DNA of 64,000 nucleotides from Spirochaetia bacterium (GTDB lineage Bacteria; Spirochaetota; Spirochaetia; SZUA-6; Bin103): NCBI GenBank assembly GCA_965208575.1, contig CBDBOV010000006.1, positions 1,568,001 to 1,632,000 of the forward strand, read 5' to 3'. Shown piece by piece: positions 1 to 9,394 of this stretch (position 1 is its first letter; each line of letters starts with the position of its first letter). The notes under the pieces were generated by a model. It saw only the letters and a program-made list of their open reading frames with translations, ran no database searches and was not told where the DNA came from. The position numbers and the translations under genes were made by a program.

Positions 1-328
1 AATCGCGGAGACGATTGCTTTGAAGGTGCTCCGTTCAGGAGTCTCTCCTCGTACTCTTTGGTGGTCTTGCAACGATTACATAGAGAACCCTTCTAGAGAA
101 TCGTTCAGGAAATTCCGGGGTTTGCTATTCGACACGCCGTCGGTGGCCACGGCAGCCACGTTTCCCGCGTTTGTCTGTGCGGAGAGATTCCCGATGGTGG
201 ACACCCAGGTAACGAAGAACACCTGCTGGTCGATGATGATGTGCTCTCGGATGAGCGCTCGCCTGACCTTGCCCGACAGCCTTTCATGCAGCTCCTGGGG
301 GGGCATCCGCGGAGCCGGAAAGAGCTGA
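1..328 (+). pseudogene. Partial or degraded ORF of unknown function, running off the window start
   Basis: Lower-GC open frame (...PSVATAATFPAFVCAERFPMVDTQV...). It abuts and overlaps an opposite-strand gene remnant from about 215. Confidence 0.25.
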
Positions 329-615
329 ACCGATAGCCGGGGTCCGCGTCCGGTTCTCACGCTTCGATCGGCACCCGAGAGACGTCGAAGAGCCGGGTCG
401 CGAAGTGAAACGTGTGGATTCTATCGGCGGCGTCAGCGGGCTGAATGGGATCGAAACTCGGGGTGACGGAAGTCGATGCCGGCGCGCACTGCCACTTCCT
501 CGTTGTAGCAGGCGTTGCAGAGCAATCGCGGTGTCCCGTTGCCGAATCGCGGTCTCGAACGGATGCTGGACCTTTCGCCGTAGTTCTTGCAGCGCTCGGT
601 TTGAAGCACGCTCCA
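215..615 (-). pseudogene. Frameshifted remnant of a hypothetical protein with a CxxC motif
   Basis: Protein-like segments occur in successive frames: LLCNACYNEEVAVRAGIDFRHPEF / DPIQPADAADRIHTFHFATRLF...IEA*EPDADPGYRF / ELHERLSGKVRRALIREHI. These imply frameshifts and an internal stop. Confidence 0.4.
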
Positions 616-671
616 TTCTTCCTTGATTCAGCGAGCTCGCGGTGGCCACCGTAACAAGGGTCACGCGCGGA

Positions 672-1418
672 TCATGGCGGAGCCTTTCGGAACCAAGCTC
701 GCCGTGCGGGGACCTGGACGATGTGGGCCTTTTCCAGGAGGTAGGCGGTGAGGTGGCCGCCGAAGACGCAGGCACTGTCGAGGCCGACGAGGTAGGGGCG
801 GGCGTCGGGGGCGGCGCCGGGTGGGCGTTTGATCACCAGGCCGCCGGGGGCGTCGTGGCCGAAGATGATCGGCTTGCCGCCGGGGGCGATGTGGTCGTGC
901 CAGCGCGGGCCTTCGATGCCGCCCGTGGGCGGCCAGGTGCGGATGTAGACCAGTTCGTCGGGGGTGCTGCCGGCGAGCCCGGTGTCCGGGTTGATGCCGG
1001 CGTGCACGAGCAGGAAGCGCGGCTCGTCGATGGCCAGCGGCAGGCCCTCCAGCCACGGCAGCAGCTCGGCGGCGTGCGGCACCAGGTCCTGCAGCCGGTC
1101 GTCGCGGGTCTGTTTCAGCGCATCCGGGGGGCCGCCGGCGGCGATGGCCCGCAGTTGCGGCAGCAGCCAGGTCTCGTGGTTGCCGAGCACCATCTCGGGG
1201 CGGGTGGCCCGGATCAGCCGCCACACGCCGAGCGGGTCGGGGCCGCGGGTGAAGGCGTCGCCGGTGAGCAGCAGGCGGTCGCGGCCGGGCGCGAACTCGA
1301 CCGCGTTCAGCAGGGCCTCGAATTCGGCACAGCAACCATGGATGTCGCCGACGAAGATGGTGCGGCCGGGGCTATCGCCAGTGGCGGCGGGGTGGTCGGG
1401 CGACGCTTGTGAGGCCAT
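672..1418 (-). CDS. Metallophosphoesterase (ApaH/PPP-like calcineurin family)
   Basis: Motifs GDIHG, GDxxxRGP, GNHE, HAG, GH and GLDSAC. Confidence 0.9.
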   Translation of the reverse strand: MASQASPDHPAATGDSPGRTIFVGDIHGCCAEFEALLNAVEFAPGRDRLLLTGDAFTRGPDPLGVWRLIRATRPEMVLGNHETWLLPQLRAIAAGGPPDALKQTRDDRLQDLVPHAAELLPWLEGLPLAIDEPRFLLVHAGINPDTGLAGSTPDELVYIRTWPPTGGIEGPRWHDHIAPGGKPIIFGHDAPGGLVIKRPPGAAPDARPYLVGLDSACVFGGHLTAYLLEKAHIVQVPARRAWFRKAPP

Positions 1419-1437
1419 CGAACGGCTGCGGGAAGCG

Positions 1438-1536
1438 TTACCGGCTGCCGGCGGCGGCTCGGGCGAGGATGAAGGCGCGCACGGCCGGGAAGCTGGGCGC
1501 CAGCGGGGTGGCCTGCTTGGGGCGGTCGAGCAACTC
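1438..1536 (-). repeat. Diverged duplicate of the thrC 3' end (copy of about 1967-2056) with its own stop codon
   Basis: About 90 bp match with roughly 6 mismatches by eye. It reads ELLDRPKQATPLAPSFPAVRAFILARAAAGSR*. Confidence 0.9.
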
Positions 1537-1595
1537 GTGGAACCCCACAGCCGCGGTCACAACGCCACGGTGCGGCGCCGACGGCATCGCGAACG

Positions 1596-1889
1596 TCAAG
1601 CTACTCTTCGCGTGACGGTGAGCCGGACGCCGAGGGCGCCAAGAACCCTCATGACGGTGCCGATGCGCGGATCGCGTTCGCCAGACAGAGCTTTGTACAA
1701 GCTTGGTCGACCCAACTGAGTTTCTCGTGAAACATGGGTCATGCCCATGGCGCGGGCGACGTTACCGAGAGCCCGTACGAACAACTCCGGGTCGTTCTCT
1801 TCAAGCGCCGCTCTCAGATATTCGATTCTTACCTCATCGTCGTCGAGGATTTCGGCACTGTCCCAGGGTGTATACGTCTCTTTGCTCAT
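1596..1889 (-). CDS. Addiction-module antidote protein (HigA/HI1420-like HTH antitoxin)
   Basis: MSKETYTPWDSAEILDDDEVRIEYLRAALEE...ALGNVARAMGMTHVSRETQLGRPSLYKALSGERDPRIGTVMRVLGALG; AGGAGG RBS upstream. Confidence 0.9.
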   Translation of the reverse strand: MSKETYTPWDSAEILDDDEVRIEYLRAALEENDPELFVRALGNVARAMGMTHVSRETQLGRPSLYKALSGERDPRIGTVMRVLGALGVRLTVTRRVA

Positions 1890-1900
1890 TACGGCCTCCT

Positions 1901-3598
1901 TCAGAGTTCGCTCGCCATCTGCTGCGCGCGCTCTATGTCTTGTGACTGAGTCGACTTGTCGCCGGCGCCGGCGGCGGTTTGGGCGAGGATGAAGGCGCGC
2001 AGCGCCGGGAAGCTGGGCGCCAGGGGGGTGGCCTGCTTGGGGCGGTCGAGCAGCTCCCGCAGGGGGGCCGGGATGGGCGGGGTGACGCCGGTGGCGCGCT
2101 GCACGGTCTCCGGGAACTTGCCGGGGTCGGCGGTGGCCGCCACCACGATCGGCGCGCGCCCGCAGCCGAAGGCGGCTCCCTGGTCGCGCAGGCGGCGGGC
2201 GGCCGCAACCCCTACCGCGGTGTGCGGCTCGATCAGGCGGCCGTATCGCTCGTGGACCTGGCGCATGGTGGCGAGGGTTTCCTCCTCGCCGATGGCACAG
2301 CCCTTGAGGTGGGTGCTGACGGCGGCGTGGTCGTGGTTCCAGCGCGCCAGGATGCGCTCGAAGTTGGACGGGTTGCCCACGTCCATGGCGTTGGACAGGG
2401 TGGCGACACTGGCACGCGGCAGGAGGGCGCCCGATTCGAGGTAGCCGGGCACCACGTCGTTGCGGTTGGTGGCGGCCCAGAAGCCGGCCACCGGCAGGCC
2501 CCATTGGGCAGCGTACACGGCGGCGGTGAGGTTGCCGAAGTTGCCGCTCGGCACGCAGATCAGCGGCGGGCCGGCGGCGCGCAGGCGCAGGCCGGCGAAG
2601 ATGTAATAGTACGCCTGCGGCAGCAGGCGCCCGAGGCTGATCGAATTGGCCGGGCACAGGCGCGCGGCGGACACCAGCTCGCGGTCGACCAATGCCTGCT
2701 TTACCAGCCGCTGGCAGTCGTCGAACGAGCCGGCAATCTCGACGGCGTGGATGTTGTCGCCGAGCGCGGTGAGCTGCTGCTCCTGCAGGCGGCTGATGCG
2801 CCCGGACGGGTACAGCAGCACCACCTCGATGCCGGCGCGGCGCCAGAACGCGCGCGCCACGGCGCCGCCGGTGTCGCCGGAGGTGGCGACCAGTACCACC
2901 ACCGGGCCGCCGCCCTTCTCGGCGGCGAGCCGCCGCTCCAGAACGGTGGCCAGGAAGGCGGCGCCGAAATCCTTGAACGCGCAGGTGGGGCCGTGATAAA
3001 GCTCCAGCAGCGCCAACTCGTCGCCGAGCCAACTCAGCGCCGGAGAAAACGGATACGACGCGGCGGCCACCGCGCGCGCCGCGGCTTGCCCGCCGGTGCC
3101 GATACCGGCAACGCTGGACGAGGCTTCCGGATCCCCTCGCGCGCCGGCGCCTTCCTCCCCGGCGACCTTCGCACCCGAGGCGCCGCCTGCACCTGCGGCA
3201 TCGGTTGCACCGGTGACGCATGCCGCAACGACACCAGCCCTCCGGCTCGCCGCGGCTGCTACCTCGCCCGCATCAGTATGGGTCGCACTCACCGCGTCTG
3301 CACCGCCTCCCACGCCTGCTGAGGTCTCTCCCCGGTTCGGGCCTTCGCCGCCGGCCGCGCCGGCCGCCGCCGCGCTCGCGAAAGCGCCGGTAGCCAGATC
3401 GTCGGCCAACAGTGCCTCGGTCAATGCGGCCGCGAGATCGACGTACGGCGTGTCATCGGGCAGACCGGCGATCACGTCGGCCAGGTCGGGAGGCGGGCAC
3501 GGCTGGTAGAGACCACCACCGGGGGGTATCCCGGCCAGCAGCGAGTCGTTGAACGAGAGCCGGATGGCAGCGTCGCGCGTGGAGCAGACGGTCAGCAT
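1901..3598 (-). CDS. thrC: Threonine synthase, with a ~100-aa Ala/Gly-rich insertion and a foreign C-terminal tail
   Basis: LELYHGPTCAFKDFG (PLP lysine), ATSGDTG, VPSGNFGN, SNAMDVGNPSNFER. The start overlaps the thrB stop. Confidence 0.93.
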   Translation of the reverse strand: MLTVCSTRDAAIRLSFNDSLLAGIPPGGGLYQPCPPPDLADVIAGLPDDTPYVDLAAALTEALLADDLATGAFASAAAAGAAGGEGPNRGETSAGVGGGADAVSATHTDAGEVAAAASRRAGVVAACVTGATDAAGAGGASGAKVAGEEGAGARGDPEASSSVAGIGTGGQAAARAVAAASYPFSPALSWLGDELALLELYHGPTCAFKDFGAAFLATVLERRLAAEKGGGPVVVLVATSGDTGGAVARAFWRRAGIEVVLLYPSGRISRLQEQQLTALGDNIHAVEIAGSFDDCQRLVKQALVDRELVSAARLCPANSISLGRLLPQAYYYIFAGLRLRAAGPPLICVPSGNFGNLTAAVYAAQWGLPVAGFWAATNRNDVVPGYLESGALLPRASVATLSNAMDVGNPSNFERILARWNHDHAAVSTHLKGCAIGEEETLATMRQVHERYGRLIEPHTAVGVAAARRLRDQGAAFGCGRAPIVVAATADPGKFPETVQRATGVTPPIPAPLRELLDRPKQATPLAPSFPALRAFILAQTAAGAGDKSTQSQDIERAQQMASEL

Positions 3599-4536
3599 TC
3601 TGAAACTACCTTCGGGCCGGCGCGGCTGATTTCGGACACGTAGGCGGCGGCGGTGAGCCCGGCGTCCGCGAATGCCCGCCGCATCGTCTCGGCGACCGCC
3701 CGCGCCCGCGCCAGCGAGGCGGCCAGCGCGAAGACCGCCGGGCCGGCGCCGGAGATGGAGCAGCCGATGGCGCCGGCCTGCAGCGCCGCCTCCTTGACGG
3801 CGGCAAAGCCGGGGATCAGTACGGCGCGCACCGGCTCGGCGACCAGGTCGTGGAGCGAGCGGCCCATCAGGGCCAGGTCGCCGGCGTACAGCGACGCCAC
3901 CAGGGCGGCCAGGTTGCCCCACTGCGAGACGGCGTCGGCGAGCGGGATCCGCTTGCGCAGGATGCGGCGCGCCGCCTCGGTGGGGATCTCCACGTCGGGG
4001 CTGAGCAGGGCCACCGCCAGCCCGTCCGGCACCGGCAGCCGCACCAGATCGAGCGGCGCGGTGCTGCGGATCAGCACGAAGCCGCCCAGCAAGGCGGGCG
4101 CCGCGTTGTCGGCGTGGCCGGCGCCGGCGGCCACGCGCTCGGCGGCCAGTGCGCACGGCAGCAGTTCCTCGGCAGCCAGCGGATCTCCGGCCAGCCGGTT
4201 GACCGCGAGCAGGGCGGCGGCGGCGCTCGCCGCCGAGCTGCCGAGCCCGGAGGCCAGCGGCATGCCCTTGTGCAGGACCAGGTCCACCCCGAACGGCTCA
4301 CCGAGCCGCTCCAGCAGCCTGCCGGCCGCCACCACCGACGTGTTGCTGGTGTCGCGCGGCAGGCGGCCGCCGTCGCCGGTCACCTCCAGCAGGGCGACGC
4401 CGGCGCCCTCGCGCCGGTGCGCCTCCACGGTGTCGCCGGGACGTTCCACGGCGAAGCCGAGCACGTCGAACCCGGAGCCGACGTTGGCCACCGTGGCCGG
4501 GGCAAAGGCGGTCACGCGCCGCGGCAGGGCGGTCAT
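3592..4536 (-). CDS. thrB: Homoserine kinase
   Basis: APATVANVGSGFDVLG, PLASGLGSSAAS, HADN, SISGAGP. Confidence 0.95.
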   Translation of the reverse strand: MTALPRRVTAFAPATVANVGSGFDVLGFAVERPGDTVEAHRREGAGVALLEVTGDGGRLPRDTSNTSVVAAGRLLERLGEPFGVDLVLHKGMPLASGLGSSAASAAAALLAVNRLAGDPLAAEELLPCALAAERVAAGAGHADNAAPALLGGFVLIRSTAPLDLVRLPVPDGLAVALLSPDVEIPTEAARRILRKRIPLADAVSQWGNLAALVASLYAGDLALMGRSLHDLVAEPVRAVLIPGFAAVKEAALQAGAIGCSISGAGPAVFALAASLARARAVAETMRRAFADAGLTAAAYVSEISRAGPKVVSEC

Positions 4537-4868
4537 CCGGCATCCTGCGGTGGAACCCGCCGTCGCTCCGGGAGTGGCGGAGCGCCCGGTTGGCAAGCGC
4601 CCCGAAACCGCCGGCTGCGGCGCCGCTCCGGGCGCAACCGAACTTGCTTGGGAGCCGGTCGCGAATCCGCCAAGCTCCCAGCGCCCCGAAGCCGCCGCCG
4701 ATCGGCGCCGCTGTTGGTCGATGCCGTCCGGTCGCTCAGGAGGCTGTCGCAATCCGGCAGCGTCCTGGGCGCGACGAACGAGCATGCCGGGCATGGGTGA
4801 GCGGGGGGCAACGCGGCCAGCCGGGATGCATCGGCACCCAAGTGCGGGCGGAGTCTCACCACGGGCGG

Positions 4869-6251
4869 CTAGTCCAGGAACGCGCGGTGGATTACCTGCA
4901 GCGCGTTGCGTTCATCGGCGGCGGTCACGACCAGGGAAATATTGCGCTCCGACGATCCCTGGGCAATGGCGAGCACGTTGATGCCGGCGCCGCCGAGGGC
5001 CGCGAACAGCTTGCCGGCGATGCCGGGCGTGCCGCGCATGTTCTCGCCGATGATGGCGACGATGGCCAGGCCGCGGCGCAGGTCGATGGTGTCGATGCGC
5101 CTGGTCTCCAGCTCCAGCGCCAACTCGGCCTGCAACGCGGCCAGCGCGCCGTCCGCCTCGTCCGCGTCCAGCACCAGGCAGATGCTGTGCTCGGACGATG
5201 CCTGAGAGATCATCATCACGTTGACCGACGCCCCGGCGAGTGCGCCGAGCACGCGCGCCGCCATGCCGCGCGCGCCGATCATGCCGCCGCCCTCCACGTT
5301 GATCAGCGCGATCGAGTCCACCGACGCGATGCCGGTGATCGCCCGCCCGCGGTCGCTCGGCTGCTCGGAAATGCGGCTGCCGGGCTGGTCGGGGCGCAGG
5401 GTGTTCTTGATGAGGATCGGAATTGCCTGCTCCACCACCGGCACCATGGTGTAGGGATGGATCACGCGGGCGCCGAAGTAGGACATTTCCATCGCTTCCT
5501 GGTAGCTGAGCTGGGCGATCACGAACGCCTCGGGGACATGGCGCGGGTCGGCGCTCAGCACACCGTCGACGTCGGTCCAGATCTCCAGCTCTCCGGCGCC
5601 CAGGGCCGCGGCGAGCAGCGACGCCGTGTAGTCGGAGCCGTCCCGCCCGAGCGTGGTGGTAACGCCGTCGGCGGTGGCGCCGATGAAGCCGGGCACCACG
5701 CAGGCGACCCGCGCCAGCGGCTGCAGGGCGGCGCGCACGCGCCGGTAGGTGGCCTCGAACTGCACCGTGGCGTTGCCGTGTGCGGCGTCGGTGAGGACCA
5801 GGTCGCGGGCATCCAGGAGGCGGGTTTCCAGGCCGAGGTCGGCCAGCAGCCGGCTGGCCACCGTGGTGCTGAGCCGCTCGCCGAAGCTCATCACCAGGTC
5901 CAGGGTGCGCGGCGAGCACTCGCGCAGCAGGCTGACGCCGTGCAGCACCTCGTCCAGCTCAGCGAGCAGCAGTTGCAACTCGGTCAGGATGGCCGCCTGG
6001 CCGCGCGGCGGGCACAAGTCGCGCACCACCGCCACGTGGCGCGCGCGGATGCCCTCCACCCGCTCGCGCACGTCGGCGCCGCCGGCGGCTTCGCGTGCGG
6101 CCGCGATCAGCACGTCGGTGGTGCCGCCCATCGCCGAGCACACCATCACCCCGCCGTCCGCCAACCGGGTACGGGCAACCTGCATCGCCTGCTGCAGCCG
6201 TTCGCTGTCCGCCAGGGAACTGCCGCCGAATTTCACGACTATCCCGCTCAC
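4869..6251 (-). CDS. lysC: Aspartate kinase with two ACT domains
   Basis: VKFGGSS, TTLGRDGSDYTA, IWTDVDGVLSADPR, QASSEHSI and QGSSERNIS. GTG start chosen. Confidence 0.92.
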   Translation of the reverse strand: MSGIVVKFGGSSLADSERLQQAMQVARTRLADGGVMVCSAMGGTTDVLIAAAREAAGGADVRERVEGIRARHVAVVRDLCPPRGQAAILTELQLLLAELDEVLHGVSLLRECSPRTLDLVMSFGERLSTTVASRLLADLGLETRLLDARDLVLTDAAHGNATVQFEATYRRVRAALQPLARVACVVPGFIGATADGVTTTLGRDGSDYTASLLAAALGAGELEIWTDVDGVLSADPRHVPEAFVIAQLSYQEAMEMSYFGARVIHPYTMVPVVEQAIPILIKNTLRPDQPGSRISEQPSDRGRAITGIASVDSIALINVEGGGMIGARGMAARVLGALAGASVNVMMISQASSEHSICLVLDADEADGALAALQAELALELETRRIDTIDLRRGLAIVAIIGENMRGTPGIAGKLFAALGGAGINVLAIAQGSSERNISLVVTAADERNALQVIHRAFLD

Positions 6252-6261
6252 CGTATCGCGC

Positions 6262-6879
6262 TCAATGGTTCCGTTGGCCGGCAAAGTACTCAAAAGCAAG
6301 CAGGAACGTCTCGCTCGACTCGCCGCGCGACGCCGCCGGCTTGGCGGTGCGCACGCGTGCGAAGCAGCGCCGGGCATGCGCCAGGAGGTCGGGCAACTCC
6401 TCCCCCTGCAGTACCTTGGCGACCAGGTTGCCGCTCTCCCGCAGGTGGCCGCGAGCCAGGCCGAGCACCGCCTCCACCAGTTCCGCGGAGCGCGCCGCGT
6501 CCACCGCGTGATTGCCGCACGTGTCCGGCGCCGCGTCGCTCAGGATCAGGTGGAAGCGCTGTCCGCGCAGTGCGCCGCGCAACTGCTCGCCGGCGAGGTC
6601 CGCCTGCAGCCAGCGCAGCCGCGCATCGGCAGCGCCGAGCGCCGCCGGCCGCGGCACCAGGTCGACCGCCGTCACCGAACCGGCGGCGCCGACCCGGTCG
6701 CCCGCGTACAGCGTCCAACTGCCCGGCGCGGCGCCCAGGTCGAGCACGTCCATGCCGCCGCGCAGCAGCCGGTGGCGCCGGTCCAGCTCCCGGAGCTTCC
6801 ACACCGACCGCGCCGGAAACCCGCTCGCCCGCGCCTGCCTGCTGTAATGGTCGGCACTCCGCCGCCGCGACCTACCCAT
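6262..6879 (-). CDS. rlmE: 23S rRNA Um2552 2'-O-methyltransferase (FtsJ/RlmE)
   Basis: ARSVWKLRELD, LDLGAAPGSW, ILSDAAP, KPAASRGESSE. Confidence 0.93.
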   Translation of the reverse strand: MGRSRRRSADHYSRQARASGFPARSVWKLRELDRRHRLLRGGMDVLDLGAAPGSWTLYAGDRVGAAGSVTAVDLVPRPAALGAADARLRWLQADLAGEQLRGALRGQRFHLILSDAAPDTCGNHAVDAARSAELVEAVLGLARGHLRESGNLVAKVLQGEELPDLLAHARRCFARVRTAKPAASRGESSETFLLAFEYFAGQRNH

Positions 6880-7022
6880 AGACGCCAGTGTACCCCGATG
6901 CGCGATCGGCATTCACTTGCTTGCAGGTGGCGCGGCTGGGTTCATTGATTAACCACACTTCGAAGGATTTGGTTGTGTTGTGAGGATCAGGTGGACCAGT
7001 TTGGACCAGGCAGCGCCACCCT

Positions 7023-7083
7023 ATTGCCTCACGTAAAAATCTAACCTTACGGTGAGCGTGCCTCACGTAAGAATCTAACCGAA
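7023..7083. repeat. Left terminal inverted repeat with two tandem putative transposase-binding sub-repeats
   Basis: TGCCTCACGTAA(A/G)AATCTAACC occurs twice. Confidence 0.8.
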
Positions 7084-7318
7084 AGGGAGGCGGAGAACGA
7101 GGGGGGAGCGCGAGGGGGGAGACTCATAAATTGTGGATAAGTGGATAGGCTGCTGGGCGACCGGCCGGGTTGATTCAAGCACACCAACGCGACCGGGGGC
7201 GTATCTGGTTGGTCGGCGCGGATGAGGAGGCGTCAACGGCAGGGAGGTGGTCGGTGCCGTGTCGTGTCGCTGACCGAAGAGGGGGCGGACGGGTCTGGAG
7301 GCGACTTCGGTGCTGGTG

Positions 7319-7460
7319 ACACGGGGATGTCCAGACACCACCTCGTGTCGCGGAGAGGCCTTACAGCGCGGCTGAGGCGACATTTCTTGACGCCGACCGT
7401 CTGGCTCACGGATATACGGGCGTCAGAGACGCTCAGAAGTCATTTGCCGAGCCGGGTGAT
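7319..7460. repeat. Diverged direct repeat of the IS 3' region (partner at about 9290-9430)
   Basis: ACACGGGG..TCCAGACACCACCTCGTGTCG.GGAG.GG.CCTTACAGCGCGGCTGAGGCGAC is shared. Weaker similarity continues into the transposase 3' end. Confidence 0.8.
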
Positions 7461-7597
7461 GCCGCCCACGCCGCGATCGGCGCGCAGGTTGCTGCGGAGC
7501 GCACGGAGCGAGGCGCCCCGGACAACTGCACCGAGGTGCGTTGCCCGGGGCAGGGTCATGACAATTCCCCACCGCCGGGACGGGGTAGGCGACGAGG

Positions 7598-9271
7598 TTG
7601 CGACACCGGAGCCGTCGGGATCGAACGGGGCGGAGGAGATGCTGTACCCCGCTGACGGACGGAGGGCGTAGCCCGACCGGAGTCAGCCGGCGCGGTGCCG
7701 TGGAGGCCACCGTGGACGACGCCGAGATGGCGGACCAGGCAGCCAAGCTGCTCGCTTCCGGGATGAGCGGCTCAGCCTGCGCTCGCGAACTCGGCATCCC
7801 GGTGAGCACCTTCAACGAGAACCGCCGCGCCGGCGTCATCACAGATCCCACCCGGGAGCCCGCCGCCAGCGCCGAGGTTGCGCCGGCGGCCACCACCACT
7901 GATCACCCGGTCAGCACCGCCGCCGCGGTCAGCGACCCGGCGGTCGCCACTGAGCGCGCCAGCCGCGACGCCCGCGACAAGCACGCGCCCATGGGCCGCG
8001 CGGCGCGCGACGTGGAACGCCGCACGCTCGCCAGAGCCGGCCTGCTGACCGAGGCCACACCAGCGTTCGTCGAGCCCGCCCACGCGGTCGCTGGCGGCGG
8101 CGTGCTGGCCGCACTGGCGATGCTGCTGCGCGAGGGCCTGCTCACCGCCGCCAACCGCCTGTTCCGCCTGCCGGCCGGATTCTACGGCCTGACCACCATC
8201 CTCCTGTTCGTCGCCTGCATGACCCTGGCCCGGGTGCGCAACCCCGAGAGCCTGCGCTACCAGGCACCCGGCGAGTGGGGCGCCATCCTCGGCCTCGACC
8301 GCTGTCCGGAGACCAAGACGCTGCGCCGCAAGATCAGGCTGCTGGCCAGCGCCGAGCACACCGTGCGCGATTGGCAATCGGTACTGGCGCGTACCTGGGC
8401 CAGCGAGCACGACGACGACTGGACGACGCTGGCCGTGGATGGCCACGTGAAGGTGTACACCGGGCGCAACGGGCGGTTGCCGAAACACTTCGTCGCACGC
8501 CAGAAGCTGTGTCTGCCGGCGTCGGTGAGCTACTGGATCAACGCCCTCGGCGGCGCACCGCTGCTGTGCCTGCACAAGGCGCTGGACCCGAAGCCGGTGA
8601 ATGCGATCAAGCACGACGTGGTGCCGCAGTTGCAGCACCTGGGGGTGGTGACCGAAGCGGCCCCCGACCTGACCGGAGCACCGGCCGGTACCCCGCAGCT
8701 GACCCTGGTGTTCGACCGCGAGGGCTGGAGCCCGGACCTGTTCAAGCGCCTGGCCCGGCGTGGCATCGCCTGCATCACCTGGCACAAGAACTTCAACGGC
8801 GCGGACTGGCTGCCGGAAGACTTCCACACCTTCGAGGTACCGATCCATGGTCCCGCCGGCACCAGCACGACTGCGGTTGATCTGGCCGAGCAGCCGATCA
8901 TGCTGCGCAACGGGCTGGTGGTGCGCCAGATCCGGCGGCGTCTGGCCAACGGTCGTCAGGTGGCGGTGATCACCACGCACCCGCAGATGCCGTTGGCGCA
9001 GGTCGCCGGCGCCATGTTCTCGCGCTGGTCGCAGGAGAACTTCTTCAAGTACCTGCGCGAGCAGTTCAACCTTGACGCGCTGCCGAGCCATGACCTTGCG
9101 CCGCCGGAGCCCGACGCACGGGTCGTGAACCGGTGCGCCGGGCCCTGGAAAAGAGCATCAGGCGGGTACGCAGCCGGCTGGCAGCGGTCCGCAATCGCCT
9201 CGCCGAGGCACTGCAGGGACGGCACCGGGACTCCGCCACCCGGCTTACGGTCGCGGATAAAGTTGCACTGA
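7598..9271 (+). pseudogene. Putative DDE transposase, apparently truncated and frameshifted near 9130
   Basis: HTH-like N-terminal part, then GLDRCPETKTLRRK, LAVDGHVKVYTG, LVFDREGWSP and FSRWSQENFFKYL. The frame appears to continue in 9133..9369 (RRALEKSIRRVRSRL). Confidence 0.65.
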
Positions 9272-9394
9272 ATTGCATGGTTATGCATAGACACGGGGGT
9301 ATCCAGACACCACCTCGTGTCGTGGAGGGGCCTTACAGCGCGGCTGAGGCGACGTTTTCTCATCGCTGACCGCCCATTCTCCGATTATCGACCG

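Noticed and set aside
3085-3390. Intein in thrC
   Set aside because: There are no splice-junction motifs or endonuclease blocks; the sequence is low complexity.
4540-4868. Riboswitch or attenuator between lysC and thrB
   Set aside because: It is a GC-rich spacer with no recognisable aptamer, T-box or Thr-rich leader peptide.
4590-6881. Long shadow ORFs (e.g. 4590..6881+, 50946..53747+, 56170..58869-, 61234..63582-)
   Set aside because: They are antisense or alternate-frame to clearly recognisable genes, as expected from stop-codon scarcity at high GC.
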